A DNA stretch of 20,000 bases, taken from the sequence record DRR723986_5346; one strand, 5' to 3'. Numbering within the stretch: position 1 is the stretch's first letter; each line of letters begins with the position of its first letter. Below, piece by piece: positions 8,138 to 16,272 of this stretch. The notes under the pieces are model-generated. The model ran no database searches. It saw only the letters and a list, made by a program, of their open reading frames with translations, and had not been told where the DNA came from. Made by a program: the position numbers and the translations under genes.

Positions 8138-9574
8138 CTACTTCGATAAAAGTTGAGCCAAACAATCATCAATCATTTCTAAACATTTATCTATCGTGTG
8201 TTTTTTTGTCCTGAAAGACAAGATGGCCATACGAATTACCTGGCGGTCAAAAATCTTAGATGAGCTCAGAAATATACGACCATCTTTGTGAATGGTTCTC
8301 ATCAAATTAGCGTTGAATTCGTTTTCATCTCCTCCAGAAGGATACCAAAAATAACTGACGGATAAGTCTGGTTCTGGTCCAAGTTTAAATCCCCTTTTTA
8401 ATAACTCAGCTCTGAAATAATCTGTGAGATACAACTTTTCTTCTAAACATGCTTGAAAGGGTTTTATTCCATGAATTTGCAGTGGTAGCCACAGTCTTAG
8501 TCCTCTAAAATGTTTAGTAAGCTCTGGGGAAACATCTGCAGGGTTTAACGGTAAATCATCCAGAAATGCGTCTTGCATATAATTAGCCGTGTAATGATGT
8601 GACTTGAACAAAATGTCCTTGTCTTTTACCAAAACAGCTCCTAATCCATAAGGTAAAAACAATCCTTTATGTGGGTCAATAACTAATGAATCTGCCAATT
8701 CTATTCCACTAAATGATTCTCCTGCTCGTTCGGTAAGAATAAAGAATCCTCCATAAGCGGCGTCTATATGGAACCATAAGTCATTTTTTTTCGCAATCTC
8801 ACCAATCTTTTCTAGAGGGTCTATGGCACCTGTATCCGTTGTTCCAGCTGATGCTAAAACTAAAAAGGGATTTAATCCAGCAGCTCGATCTTCGGCCAGC
8901 ATTTTTTCTAAATGATTGGTTTTTATTTTTGAGTTTTCATCTATCTCTATGTATCGAATAATCACATCTTCTAGCCCAATAATTCGCAAGGCTTTTTGAG
9001 TGCAATGGTGCACCTGCTCTGACAAATACACAACCGAGTTTTGAATTTTTTCATTTTTGATGCCATACTTATCTCGCGCAGCGGTTAGGGCAATTAAATT
9101 GGCAATTGAACCACCAGATGTTAAGTTGCCTACGGCAGTTTTAGGGAACTTGAATATGCCTTTCAACCAATTGATGATTTCGTTTTCAATTGTCACCGCT
9201 CCTGGACCTCCGAAATACATACCAGCATATTCGTTTGAAATATCCGCTAAAAAGTCGGCTATTGCAGAGAGATAAATTCCACCGCCTGGGATATATCCAA
9301 TATGACCTCCAGATGAGGCAACAATTCCGGTTTCAATAACTTCTTTGGTATACTTTTCTAAGACACATTCAAAACTTATCGGCTCAGCACCTATTTTTAA
9401 TTCGTCAGTTTTGGCTATAGCATCACTGTATGAGTCAATAAAATCTATTGATTCAATGAACTGATCAGTGTATTTTTTTATCGTTTCAATGTAATAATCG
9501 CGTTCATGTTGGTTGGGCTCAAGTTTGGCAGATTTTTGTTCTAAATCTGATATTTTTTTTAGCAATTCGTCCAT
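8138..9574 (-). CDS. Group II PLP-dependent decarboxylase (aromatic-L-amino-acid/diaminobutyrate decarboxylase family)
   Basis: 'GNLTSGGSIANL', 'SAGTTDTGAIDPL', 'WFHIDAAYGG', PLP lysine in 'DSLVIDPHKGLFLPYG', 'RGLRLWL'. Confidence 0.9.
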   Translation of the reverse strand: MDELLKKISDLEQKSAKLEPNQHERDYYIETIKKYTDQFIESIDFIDSYSDAIAKTDELKIGAEPISFECVLEKYTKEVIETGIVASSGGHIGYIPGGGIYLSAIADFLADISNEYAGMYFGGPGAVTIENEIINWLKGIFKFPKTAVGNLTSGGSIANLIALTAARDKYGIKNEKIQNSVVYLSEQVHHCTQKALRIIGLEDVIIRYIEIDENSKIKTNHLEKMLAEDRAAGLNPFLVLASAGTTDTGAIDPLEKIGEIAKKNDLWFHIDAAYGGFFILTERAGESFSGIELADSLVIDPHKGLFLPYGLGAVLVKDKDILFKSHHYTANYMQDAFLDDLPLNPADVSPELTKHFRGLRLWLPLQIHGIKPFQACLEEKLYLTDYFRAELLKRGFKLGPEPDLSVSYFWYPSGGDENEFNANLMRTIHKDGRIFLSSSKIFDRQVIRMAILSFRTKKHTIDKCLEMIDDCLAQLLSK

Positions 9575-9621
9575 GAGTTTAATTTGAATGCAGATATTTG
9601 AGCTGATTAAGTTAATTAATT

Positions 9622-11187
9622 ATGAGCACAACACTTATTCTTTCATTACTGGTTGGCTATTTTTTAGTCTTATTGTTGGTCTCATATCTTACCAGCAGAA
9701 AAGCAGATAACGAGACTTTTTTTACTGGTAATCGCAATAACAAGTGGTATTTGGTGGCTTTTGGAATGATTGGCGCTTCTCTTTCTGGAGTCACATTTAT
9801 TTCAATTCCAGGAATAATTCAAGGTTCTGGATTTACTTATTTGCAAATGGCATTAGGCTACATAATTGGATACGCAATTATCGCTTTCGTTTTATTACCT
9901 CTGTATTATCGTTTAAACCTGACCTCCATTTACTCGTATCTCGAAACGCGATTCGGAACAATAACTTATAAAATTGGAGCTGGATTTTTCATTCTATCAC
10001 GATTAATAGGTGCTGCATTGAGGATGTATTTGGTAGCCAATGTTCTGCAAAGTTTTGTTTTTAACGCACTAGGCGTTCCCTTTGAATTGACTGTTGCTTT
10101 AAGTATTTTACTTATTTGGGTTTATACGTTTAAAGGAGGTATCAAAACCATTATTTGGACAGACACCCTGCAGACCTTATTCATGTTGATTTCTGTCGGA
10201 TTAAGTATTTACTTTATTTCTGACGACTTAAATATTGCAATAAGTGATATTTATAGTGAAATAGCTAAGGCTGGCATGGGTACAATGTGGCAAATTGAAG
10301 ATCCAATGGCAGCCAATTATTGGTGGAAAGGTGTCATTGGTGGAGCATTAATTACCCTTGGAATGACGGGAGTTGATCAGGATATGATGCAAAAAAACCT
10401 GACCTGTAAAAATCAAATGGAGGCAAAAAAGAACATGCTTTCTTTTGCTGTAGTCTTGTTTTTCGTGAATGTTTTATTCGTGGCTTTAGGCGGACTGTTG
10501 TTTTTATATGTTGATGCGAACCCAGAAATTATGGCACAATGGCTTGAAGTGTCCTCAGCAGAGGCTGGAGATGGAGATTTGTTATTTGCAACCATTGCAT
10601 TACAATCTGATCTAGGGATTGCTGTGGGTGTGTTTTTCCTTTTAGGACTTATAGCTGCAGCATATAGTAGTGCAGATTCTGCTTTAACATCTTTAACCAC
10701 TTCTTTTTCAGTAGATTTTTTAAATCTTGGCAAAGTAAACGGGAAAAATCTAAATGAATTGAATTTAGAAAATGAAGATGTATTGGATGCAGAACATAAT
10801 AATACCAGGAAACTGGCAGATTCAAAACGAGATAAAAAACTCCGCATGTATACGCATATCGGAATGTCCGTTGCGTTGTTAATTACTATTTTAATCTTTA
10901 AGTATGTAAAAGATGATAGTGTCGTATGGGCACTGTTTAAAGCAGCAGGTTACACCTACGGGCCGTTATTGGGGTTATTCATGTTCGGAATTATTTCAAA
11001 ACGAAGGGTAAATGATTTGGCAAGTGCAATCGTGTGTATTTTGGTTCCAATAATGGTCTATATTGCTCACTATTTGTTTGTTGCGGCAGAAACTGGATAT
11101 AGTTTTGGTTCTGAATTGCTGGGGATAAATGCCTTGGTTGTTTATATCTTTTTATGGATTTTTTCAAAAAGAGCCGTTCTTAATTAA
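9622..11187 (+). CDS. Sodium:solute symporter (SSS/SLC5 family)
   Basis: Many TM segments, 'FFTGNR', 'SGVTFISIPG', 'SIYSYLETRFG', 'YTFKGGIKTIIWTDTLQ', 'AAAYSSADSALTSL'. Confidence 0.92.
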   Translation: MSTTLILSLLVGYFLVLLLVSYLTSRKADNETFFTGNRNNKWYLVAFGMIGASLSGVTFISIPGIIQGSGFTYLQMALGYIIGYAIIAFVLLPLYYRLNLTSIYSYLETRFGTITYKIGAGFFILSRLIGAALRMYLVANVLQSFVFNALGVPFELTVALSILLIWVYTFKGGIKTIIWTDTLQTLFMLISVGLSIYFISDDLNIAISDIYSEIAKAGMGTMWQIEDPMAANYWWKGVIGGALITLGMTGVDQDMMQKNLTCKNQMEAKKNMLSFAVVLFFVNVLFVALGGLLFLYVDANPEIMAQWLEVSSAEAGDGDLLFATIALQSDLGIAVGVFFLLGLIAAAYSSADSALTSLTTSFSVDFLNLGKVNGKNLNELNLENEDVLDAEHNNTRKLADSKRDKKLRMYTHIGMSVALLITILIFKYVKDDSVVWALFKAAGYTYGPLLGLFMFGIISKRRVNDLASAIVCILVPIMVYIAHYLFVAAETGYSFGSELLGINALVVYIFLWIFSKRAVLN

Positions 11188-11271
11188 GATTTTTGACATT
11201 TTTGTAAGACGATATTGACGAAAGCGTTCTAAATAATATCAAAGAATGTCACTTTGGCAGCAAATGAACAA

Positions 11272-11287
11272 TGGAACGCTAATTGAC
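11272..11287 (+). promoter_or_regulatory. Candidate sigma54 (-24/-12) promoter for trxA
   Basis: TGGAACG-ctaa-TTGAC against consensus TGGCACG-N4-TTGC. GG-N10-GA spacing is exact. No perfect TAnnTTTG in this gap. Confidence 0.45.
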
Positions 11288-11323
11288 TTAAAAAACTTAA
11301 ATAACAAATAAAAAATTATAATT

Positions 11324-11641
11324 ATGGCAATTGAAATTACAGATGCAAATTATGACGAGATAGTAGGAAATGCAGACAAGCCAGTAGTATTAGACTTTTG
11401 GGCAGCATGGTGTGGACCTTGTAGAATGATTGGACCACTTATTGAGGAAATGCATACTGAATATGAAGGGAAAGCGATTATCGGTAAGGTAGATGTTGAT
11501 AATAATCAAGGAATTGCTGGGAAATTTGGAATTAGAAATATTCCTACAGTAGCATTCATTAAGAATGGTGAGGTTGTGGATAAATCAGTAGGAGCAGTGC
11601 CTAAAGCGCAGTTGACTTCTAAATTAGATGCAATCTTATAA
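11324..11641 (+). CDS. trxA: Thioredoxin
   Basis: 'DFWAAWCGPCR' active site, 'IRNIPT' cis-Pro loop, 105 aa. Confidence 0.96.
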   Translation: MAIEITDANYDEIVGNADKPVVLDFWAAWCGPCRMIGPLIEEMHTEYEGKAIIGKVDVDNNQGIAGKFGIRNIPTVAFIKNGEVVDKSVGAVPKAQLTSKLDAIL

Positions 11642-11658
11642 ATAAAACTTTTAAAGAT

Positions 11659-11691
11659 AAAAGGTCATCCAGAAATGGATGACCTTTTTTT
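11659..11691. terminator. Intrinsic terminator after trxA, likely also serving the LRR gene
   Basis: AAAAGGTCATCCA-gaaa-TGGATGACCTTTTTTT: a perfect stem with a GNRA loop and a T7 tract. Confidence 0.9.
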
Positions 11692-11695
11692 ATGT

Positions 11696-13414
11696 CTAGA
11701 ATTTTACTTCACAATTCTCAGGCACCAAGGCCTTGATTCTTGCCATTTCTTTTTCTGAGAAGAAATTACCTTTCAATAGCAAGGTTCTCAATTCTGTCAA
11801 TTCACCAATACTTTCAGGTAAAGTTTTTAGTGAATTATTTTCTAAGCTCAAATAATTCAATTTTGTCATTTTACTGATATCATCTGGCAATGTTTTCAAG
11901 TTATTCGCATCTAAATTTAAATAGGCTAAGTTGCCTAATAGGGTAAAGCTCTCAGGTAATTTTTTAAGATTGTTACCCTGTAAATACAAACGCTTCAAAT
12001 TTTTAAGATATCCGAATTCTTCAGGAAGGGAGCTAAGTTGATTACCGTCAAGACTTAAGCTCGTTAAGTTTTCTAAATTACCTATGGTACTTGGTAATCG
12101 CTCGAGCTGATTTTCATTAAGTTCAAGCACATTTAAATTTGTTAAGGCTCCAATTTCATCTGGTAAACTATTGATGTTGTTTTCTCTTAAGTTCAGATCA
12201 GAAAGGGAAGTAAGACCGTCTATCGTTTCAGGCAAGGCAGTTAATTGATTTCTTGAAATATCAACTCTTAATAATTTACCACATTTCCCAATTTCTCTGG
12301 GCAGGCTGCTAATTTGATTTCCACCTAAATACAGATCTTCAAGGGTTACTAAACCACCTATTGTGGATGGTAATTCGGTGATAAAATTATCTTCTAAGTT
12401 TAATCGTGTTAATGAGTTGAGCTCTCCAAATGACTCGGGCAACATAACTAAGCCATTAGAAGAAATATATAATTCACTTAGCGATTTCATTTTGCCTATA
12501 GAAGCAGGCAAAACAACGATTTGATTGTTCTTACAATTAAGAATAGTTAATGAACTTGCATCTCCAACATTAGAAGGTAATTCTGTCAACTGGTTATTTT
12601 CAGCACTGATAGAGGATAGATTTGCTAGGCCAAATAAGGCTTCAGGTAATTTACTCAGCTGATTAGCATCAATATCCAAGTATTCTAGATTCTTCAATTC
12701 GCTAATTTTATCAGAAAGAGATTTTAATTCATTTCTATTCAGATTTAAATCTGTCAATGCTGACATTCCTAGAATGGCTTTCGGTAATTTACTGAAATTA
12801 TTGCCTGCTAGATTGAGATAAGTCAAATTTGACATATTCATCATTCCTCCAGGGAGTTTATCTAATTCGTTATCTGAAAGTCCGAGATGAAGTAATCCCG
12901 TTAGGTTACTAAACGAATTTGGAAGTTCAGTTAGTTTGTTTTGATTTGCATCAATTGTATGAAGCATAGAGAGATTTCCAAAATATATGGGAAAGCCTTG
13001 TAATTTGTTTTTACTGATATCTATACTTTGCAGTGAATCTAAATCACAAATGCTCTCAGGCAATTTTGAAATTTCATTATTTGAAATAGATAAGGTCATT
13101 AAATGTGACATCTTACCTATATTTTCGGGCAGCCTATTTAATCTATTTCCTGAAGCATTTACAATAGCTATATGGGCTAAGTCAGCAAAATTTTCTGGTA
13201 AGAATGTGATGTAGTTATCAGAAATATCTAAAAAATAAAGGTTAGAAAGACTCATGAAATTATCTGGTAAACCAGACAAGTTGTTGTCTGAAAGATCCAG
13301 ATTATGCTGTTTGTCGGCGTTTTTTAATGCTGCTTCTAAGTTCTCTGAACTCATGTTTTGAGCGAAAGTATTTAAAGCAAGGAAGCAAACTAATGTTAAA
13401 CTCGTCTTTTTCAT
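11696..13414 (-). CDS. Exported leucine-rich repeat protein (22 complete 23-aa repeats plus a final capped repeat)
   Basis: Signal peptide (…NTFA|Q). Residues 38-543 divide exactly into 22 x 23 aa of xLxLxxNxLxxLPxxIxxLxxLx. C-terminal cap 'FSEKEMARIKALVPENCEVKF'. Confidence 0.93.
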   Translation of the reverse strand: MKKTSLTLVCFLALNTFAQNMSSENLEAALKNADKQHNLDLSDNNLSGLPDNFMSLSNLYFLDISDNYITFLPENFADLAHIAIVNASGNRLNRLPENIGKMSHLMTLSISNNEISKLPESICDLDSLQSIDISKNKLQGFPIYFGNLSMLHTIDANQNKLTELPNSFSNLTGLLHLGLSDNELDKLPGGMMNMSNLTYLNLAGNNFSKLPKAILGMSALTDLNLNRNELKSLSDKISELKNLEYLDIDANQLSKLPEALFGLANLSSISAENNQLTELPSNVGDASSLTILNCKNNQIVVLPASIGKMKSLSELYISSNGLVMLPESFGELNSLTRLNLEDNFITELPSTIGGLVTLEDLYLGGNQISSLPREIGKCGKLLRVDISRNQLTALPETIDGLTSLSDLNLRENNINSLPDEIGALTNLNVLELNENQLERLPSTIGNLENLTSLSLDGNQLSSLPEEFGYLKNLKRLYLQGNNLKKLPESFTLLGNLAYLNLDANNLKTLPDDISKMTKLNYLSLENNSLKTLPESIGELTELRTLLLKGNFFSEKEMARIKALVPENCEVKF

Positions 13415-13457
13415 AGTAAATAGTTTGAGAATAGAAATGTCCTATCCATCTATAAAA

Positions 13458-13482
13458 TACGAGAGTTCTTGAAAAATGTTCC
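13458..13482 (-). promoter_or_regulatory. Candidate ECF-sigma promoter for the LRR gene
   Basis: Minus strand reads GGAAC-N16-CGTA, ending 43 nt before the ATG. This matches the AAC/CGT pattern of ECF promoters. Confidence 0.4.
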
Positions 13483-13506
13483 GAATTTAAAACGTTGATA
13501 AACGAA

Positions 13507-14541
13507 TTATAATTTCTTACTATGAAAGTCTTTCGAATCAAGTTGCGAAAAGTGCTTGATACCTCCCAAATAATTCTTGAAGGTGATATTTCGCTTATAA
13601 ATGCCAACAGCATTAAAACTGGTAGTCTTATCTTTTATTAATTTTCGCTTTTGCCTTAAGCTTTTGATATTCATGTAAAGGGCAATATGTGACTTAAAAA
13701 CTGCGGCAAAATGCGAGAACTGGAATTTGAGCAAAAAAATGCACGCCGCAAATCCATCCAAAACCAGTCTTCCAAATAACTTAAAAAATAAGTTGCCATC
13801 ATAATTTTTAAATATCATGAAAAGACTGTTTCTAAAGTTTAAGAAGGTTTTTTTAGGATTCATGTAATTGAGTGTTCCTCCACCGACATGATAAACCTTG
13901 GCTTCTCCACAAGCCATTATTTTGTAATCAGATTTTTTCAGTCTCCAACACAAATCAATTTCTTCCATATGCGCGAAAAAATCTGCATCTAAACCTCCGA
14001 ACTGATGATATAATTTGGCGCGGATAAACATGCAAGCACCTGATGCCCAAAATACTTCTGTATTTTCATCATATTGATGCTCATCTGCTTCAACCTCACT
14101 GAAAATTCTGCCTCTGCAAAAGGGATAAAAGTTTTTATCTAGGTAACCACCTGCGGCTCCCGCATGCTCAAAGTGAGTTTTGTTTTTTTGAGCTAGGATT
14201 TTCGGCTGAACCGCAGCAATTTGCTCATCAGATGCTAACAACTTAATGCACGGTTCAATCCAATTTTCGCTTACTTCTACATCTGAGTTTAATAAAACAT
14301 AGTAATCTGCACAAATATCCTTTAAACCGTCATTGTATCCCTTCGCAAATCCCCCGTTCTCTTTATTAATTACCAGTTTTATTTCGGGATAATTCGCTTT
14401 TAAAAAATCTACAGATTCATCAGTAGAGCAGTTGTCAACAACCCAAATAGTGGCAGATTTTGAGTGTTCTACAACTGAGGGTAAAAACTTTTCTAAATAA
14501 GATTTACCATTATAATTAAGTATGACGACAGCTACTTCCAT
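13507..14541 (-). CDS. Glycosyltransferase family 2 (WbbL/rhamnosyltransferase-like subgroup)
   Basis: 'VAVVILNYNG', 'VVDNCSTD', 'NGGFAKGYN', 'LLNSD', 'WASGACM', 'FFAHMEEIDLCWR', 'VYHVGGGT'. Confidence 0.92.
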   Translation of the reverse strand: MEVAVVILNYNGKSYLEKFLPSVVEHSKSATIWVVDNCSTDESVDFLKANYPEIKLVINKENGGFAKGYNDGLKDICADYYVLLNSDVEVSENWIEPCIKLLASDEQIAAVQPKILAQKNKTHFEHAGAAGGYLDKNFYPFCRGRIFSEVEADEHQYDENTEVFWASGACMFIRAKLYHQFGGLDADFFAHMEEIDLCWRLKKSDYKIMACGEAKVYHVGGGTLNYMNPKKTFLNFRNSLFMIFKNYDGNLFFKLFGRLVLDGFAACIFLLKFQFSHFAAVFKSHIALYMNIKSLRQKRKLIKDKTTSFNAVGIYKRNITFKNYLGGIKHFSQLDSKDFHSKKL

Positions 14542-14574
14542 GTTAAGTGGCTGTGAAATTACAAAATAGAAAGC

Positions 14575-16017
14575 TTAACGGTCAATTTCGTTGAAATAAA
14601 GATTAGCATTTCCACCGTATTGTGCACTTCCTCCCGGATCGTCTAGATTATAATTAGGGCTGTCTCTTTTGGTAAGCTCTACACGCCAACGATAATTTTG
14701 CAGTTCACCTTGCATATCAGAATGAAGCATAGGATAATCGTTTGTTATTAAATCCGGATTATAGAATACATATCGAATATTTGATCGTTGACCAATTCTG
14801 TAGTAATGCCATATTTGATAAGGGTAGGCACTTGGCTCATTAGGGCGGTCAATGAACTGATCAGGAGCACCATATTTTAACCAAGTTCTTCCTCGGTCGG
14901 TTTCCCAAGCACTTTTAATTTGTGTTCCGAACAGTTTTTCAGCTTTATAAACTTCTCTTTTGTATTTGTACAATGCCGCTCCAGGATTTATAGGCTCAGT
15001 TTGCAACCAAAATGCATAAAAATATTTTTCCATCATGGTGGTATCTTCACCTTTCAGTAATTTTCTGATGTTTTCGTACTCAAATCTTGGACTAATTGGC
15101 ATAATTGCTCCAAGGAAGTAAGGTATAGAGTCTCTTGAAATACCCTTCATCCACAGTTCGTCAATTTGAACATCTTGTACACTCAACAAATCATCTTGTT
15201 GATCAGATCTCCGTTGAAAAAACATGATGTCTGATGCAATGGTATCATTGTTTTTGTCAATTACATTGATGTTTAGATTAAAATCTCCAGATGGAACTTT
15301 GTCAATCGGTAGGTAAGCAATTACTGGAACAACTTCATTCGAAGATAAACGCTGATAGGCGAAAACACCTTCAATATCTCTTCCATTAGTTTGGTCAGAA
15401 ATAGAATAAGTCAGTAGAAATTTTTCGTCTGTTCCTAAGACTTTCTTACTATTATATACTTCTAGATAAAATGCAATTTTTTCCATTTCTGGAGGAAAAT
15501 AGTTCGTCATATATGGCAGTAAAAAGAAGCCATTCTTAACAAAGTTGTTTTTTTCGTCTGATTTATTTGCTGACTGTATAAACTCTATATCAGACAGACT
15601 AACTTTATTCTCGTCCATTGCTTCAATTAAAATACTCTGAGCTCCGGTGATTTCCTCTCCGCTAATCATGTCTTTCACAATCAATTCGTAGTCGTAAACG
15701 CCTGGCTCTAAACCGTAGTTTTGAACGTCAAAAAAGTCATCTACAATAGAGTCAACCATTAAAGGAGAATCTAAAACATATTTATCAGCTAATACGATCG
15801 TATCGTTCATTTTAAATAACTGCGTGATTTCTACTGAAGCTTTTAAACCACCGCCCTCACTGAAGTATTTCAAACTTCCCGCAGAAAACTGTAACATGGT
15901 AGATAAATAGGCTGAATTATCAGGAGTATAATAGGTTTTATAGTTGAAATAAACTTTCGGTTTCGCCTGCGAAATAGAGAAAGTTAAAATCGATAAGATC
16001 AATAAAAGTGATTTCAT
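14575..16017 (-). CDS. GWxTD-domain exported protein
   Basis: Signal peptide (…SQA|K), beta-rich N-terminal half, C-terminal 'FW…AEKLF…SAWETDRGRTWLKYGAPD…PYQIWHY…YVF' typical of the GWxTD domain. Confidence 0.85.
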   Translation of the reverse strand: MKSLLLILSILTFSISQAKPKVYFNYKTYYTPDNSAYLSTMLQFSAGSLKYFSEGGGLKASVEITQLFKMNDTIVLADKYVLDSPLMVDSIVDDFFDVQNYGLEPGVYDYELIVKDMISGEEITGAQSILIEAMDENKVSLSDIEFIQSANKSDEKNNFVKNGFFLLPYMTNYFPPEMEKIAFYLEVYNSKKVLGTDEKFLLTYSISDQTNGRDIEGVFAYQRLSSNEVVPVIAYLPIDKVPSGDFNLNINVIDKNNDTIASDIMFFQRRSDQQDDLLSVQDVQIDELWMKGISRDSIPYFLGAIMPISPRFEYENIRKLLKGEDTTMMEKYFYAFWLQTEPINPGAALYKYKREVYKAEKLFGTQIKSAWETDRGRTWLKYGAPDQFIDRPNEPSAYPYQIWHYYRIGQRSNIRYVFYNPDLITNDYPMLHSDMQGELQNYRWRVELTKRDSPNYNLDDPGGSAQYGGNANLYFNEIDR

Positions 16018-16147
16018 TGTGCATTTTTTTGCAAGATACTGAATATCGCCTGAACGAAGTCTAAAATTGTTTCAAGTGGTTTTAGTGTTTATTTAACGGT
16101 TTCAATTTGATGCACTTAGAAAATCAGGTGAAATTTTTTTAATTTTT

Positions 16148-16180
16148 TTTGTTCTGGTCAAAAAAATATATCTACTTTTG
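16148..16180 (+). promoter_or_regulatory. Bacteroidota -33/-7 promoter of tRNA-Ser
   Basis: TTTG (16148-16151), 21-nt spacer, TACTTTTG (16173-16180). Confidence 0.75.
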
Positions 16181-16184
16181 GCCC

Positions 16185-16272
16185 GGAGAATTGGCAGAGT
16201 GGTCGAATGCGGTAGTCTTGAAAACTATTGTACCGTAAGGTACCGGGGGTTCGAATCCCTCATTCTCCGCCA
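16185..16272 (+). tRNA. tRNA-Ser (anticodon TGA), long variable arm, encoded CCA
   Basis: Acceptor GGAGAAT/ATTCTCC, discriminator G plus CCA, D loop AGTGGTCGAA, anticodon arm GTAGT-cTTGAaa-ACTAT, variable arm GTACC-gtaa-GGTAC, T arm GGGGG-TTCGAAT-CCCTC. Confidence 0.97.

Noticed and set aside
9057-10847. ORFs 9057-9275, 9744-9971 and 10413-10847
   Set aside because: Nested in or antisense to the decarboxylase and SSS genes, with composition typical of shadow frames.
11696-13414. LRR gene as an NLR/Roco-type defence system or DNA-level tandem repeat
   Set aside because: No NTPase, Roc-COR, TIR or other effector domain is present. It has a signal peptide and the 69-bp units are strongly diverged.
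12987-13613. ORFs 12987-13214 (+) and 13302-13613 (-)
   Set aside because: They overlap the LRR and GT2 genes in other frames and show no protein features.
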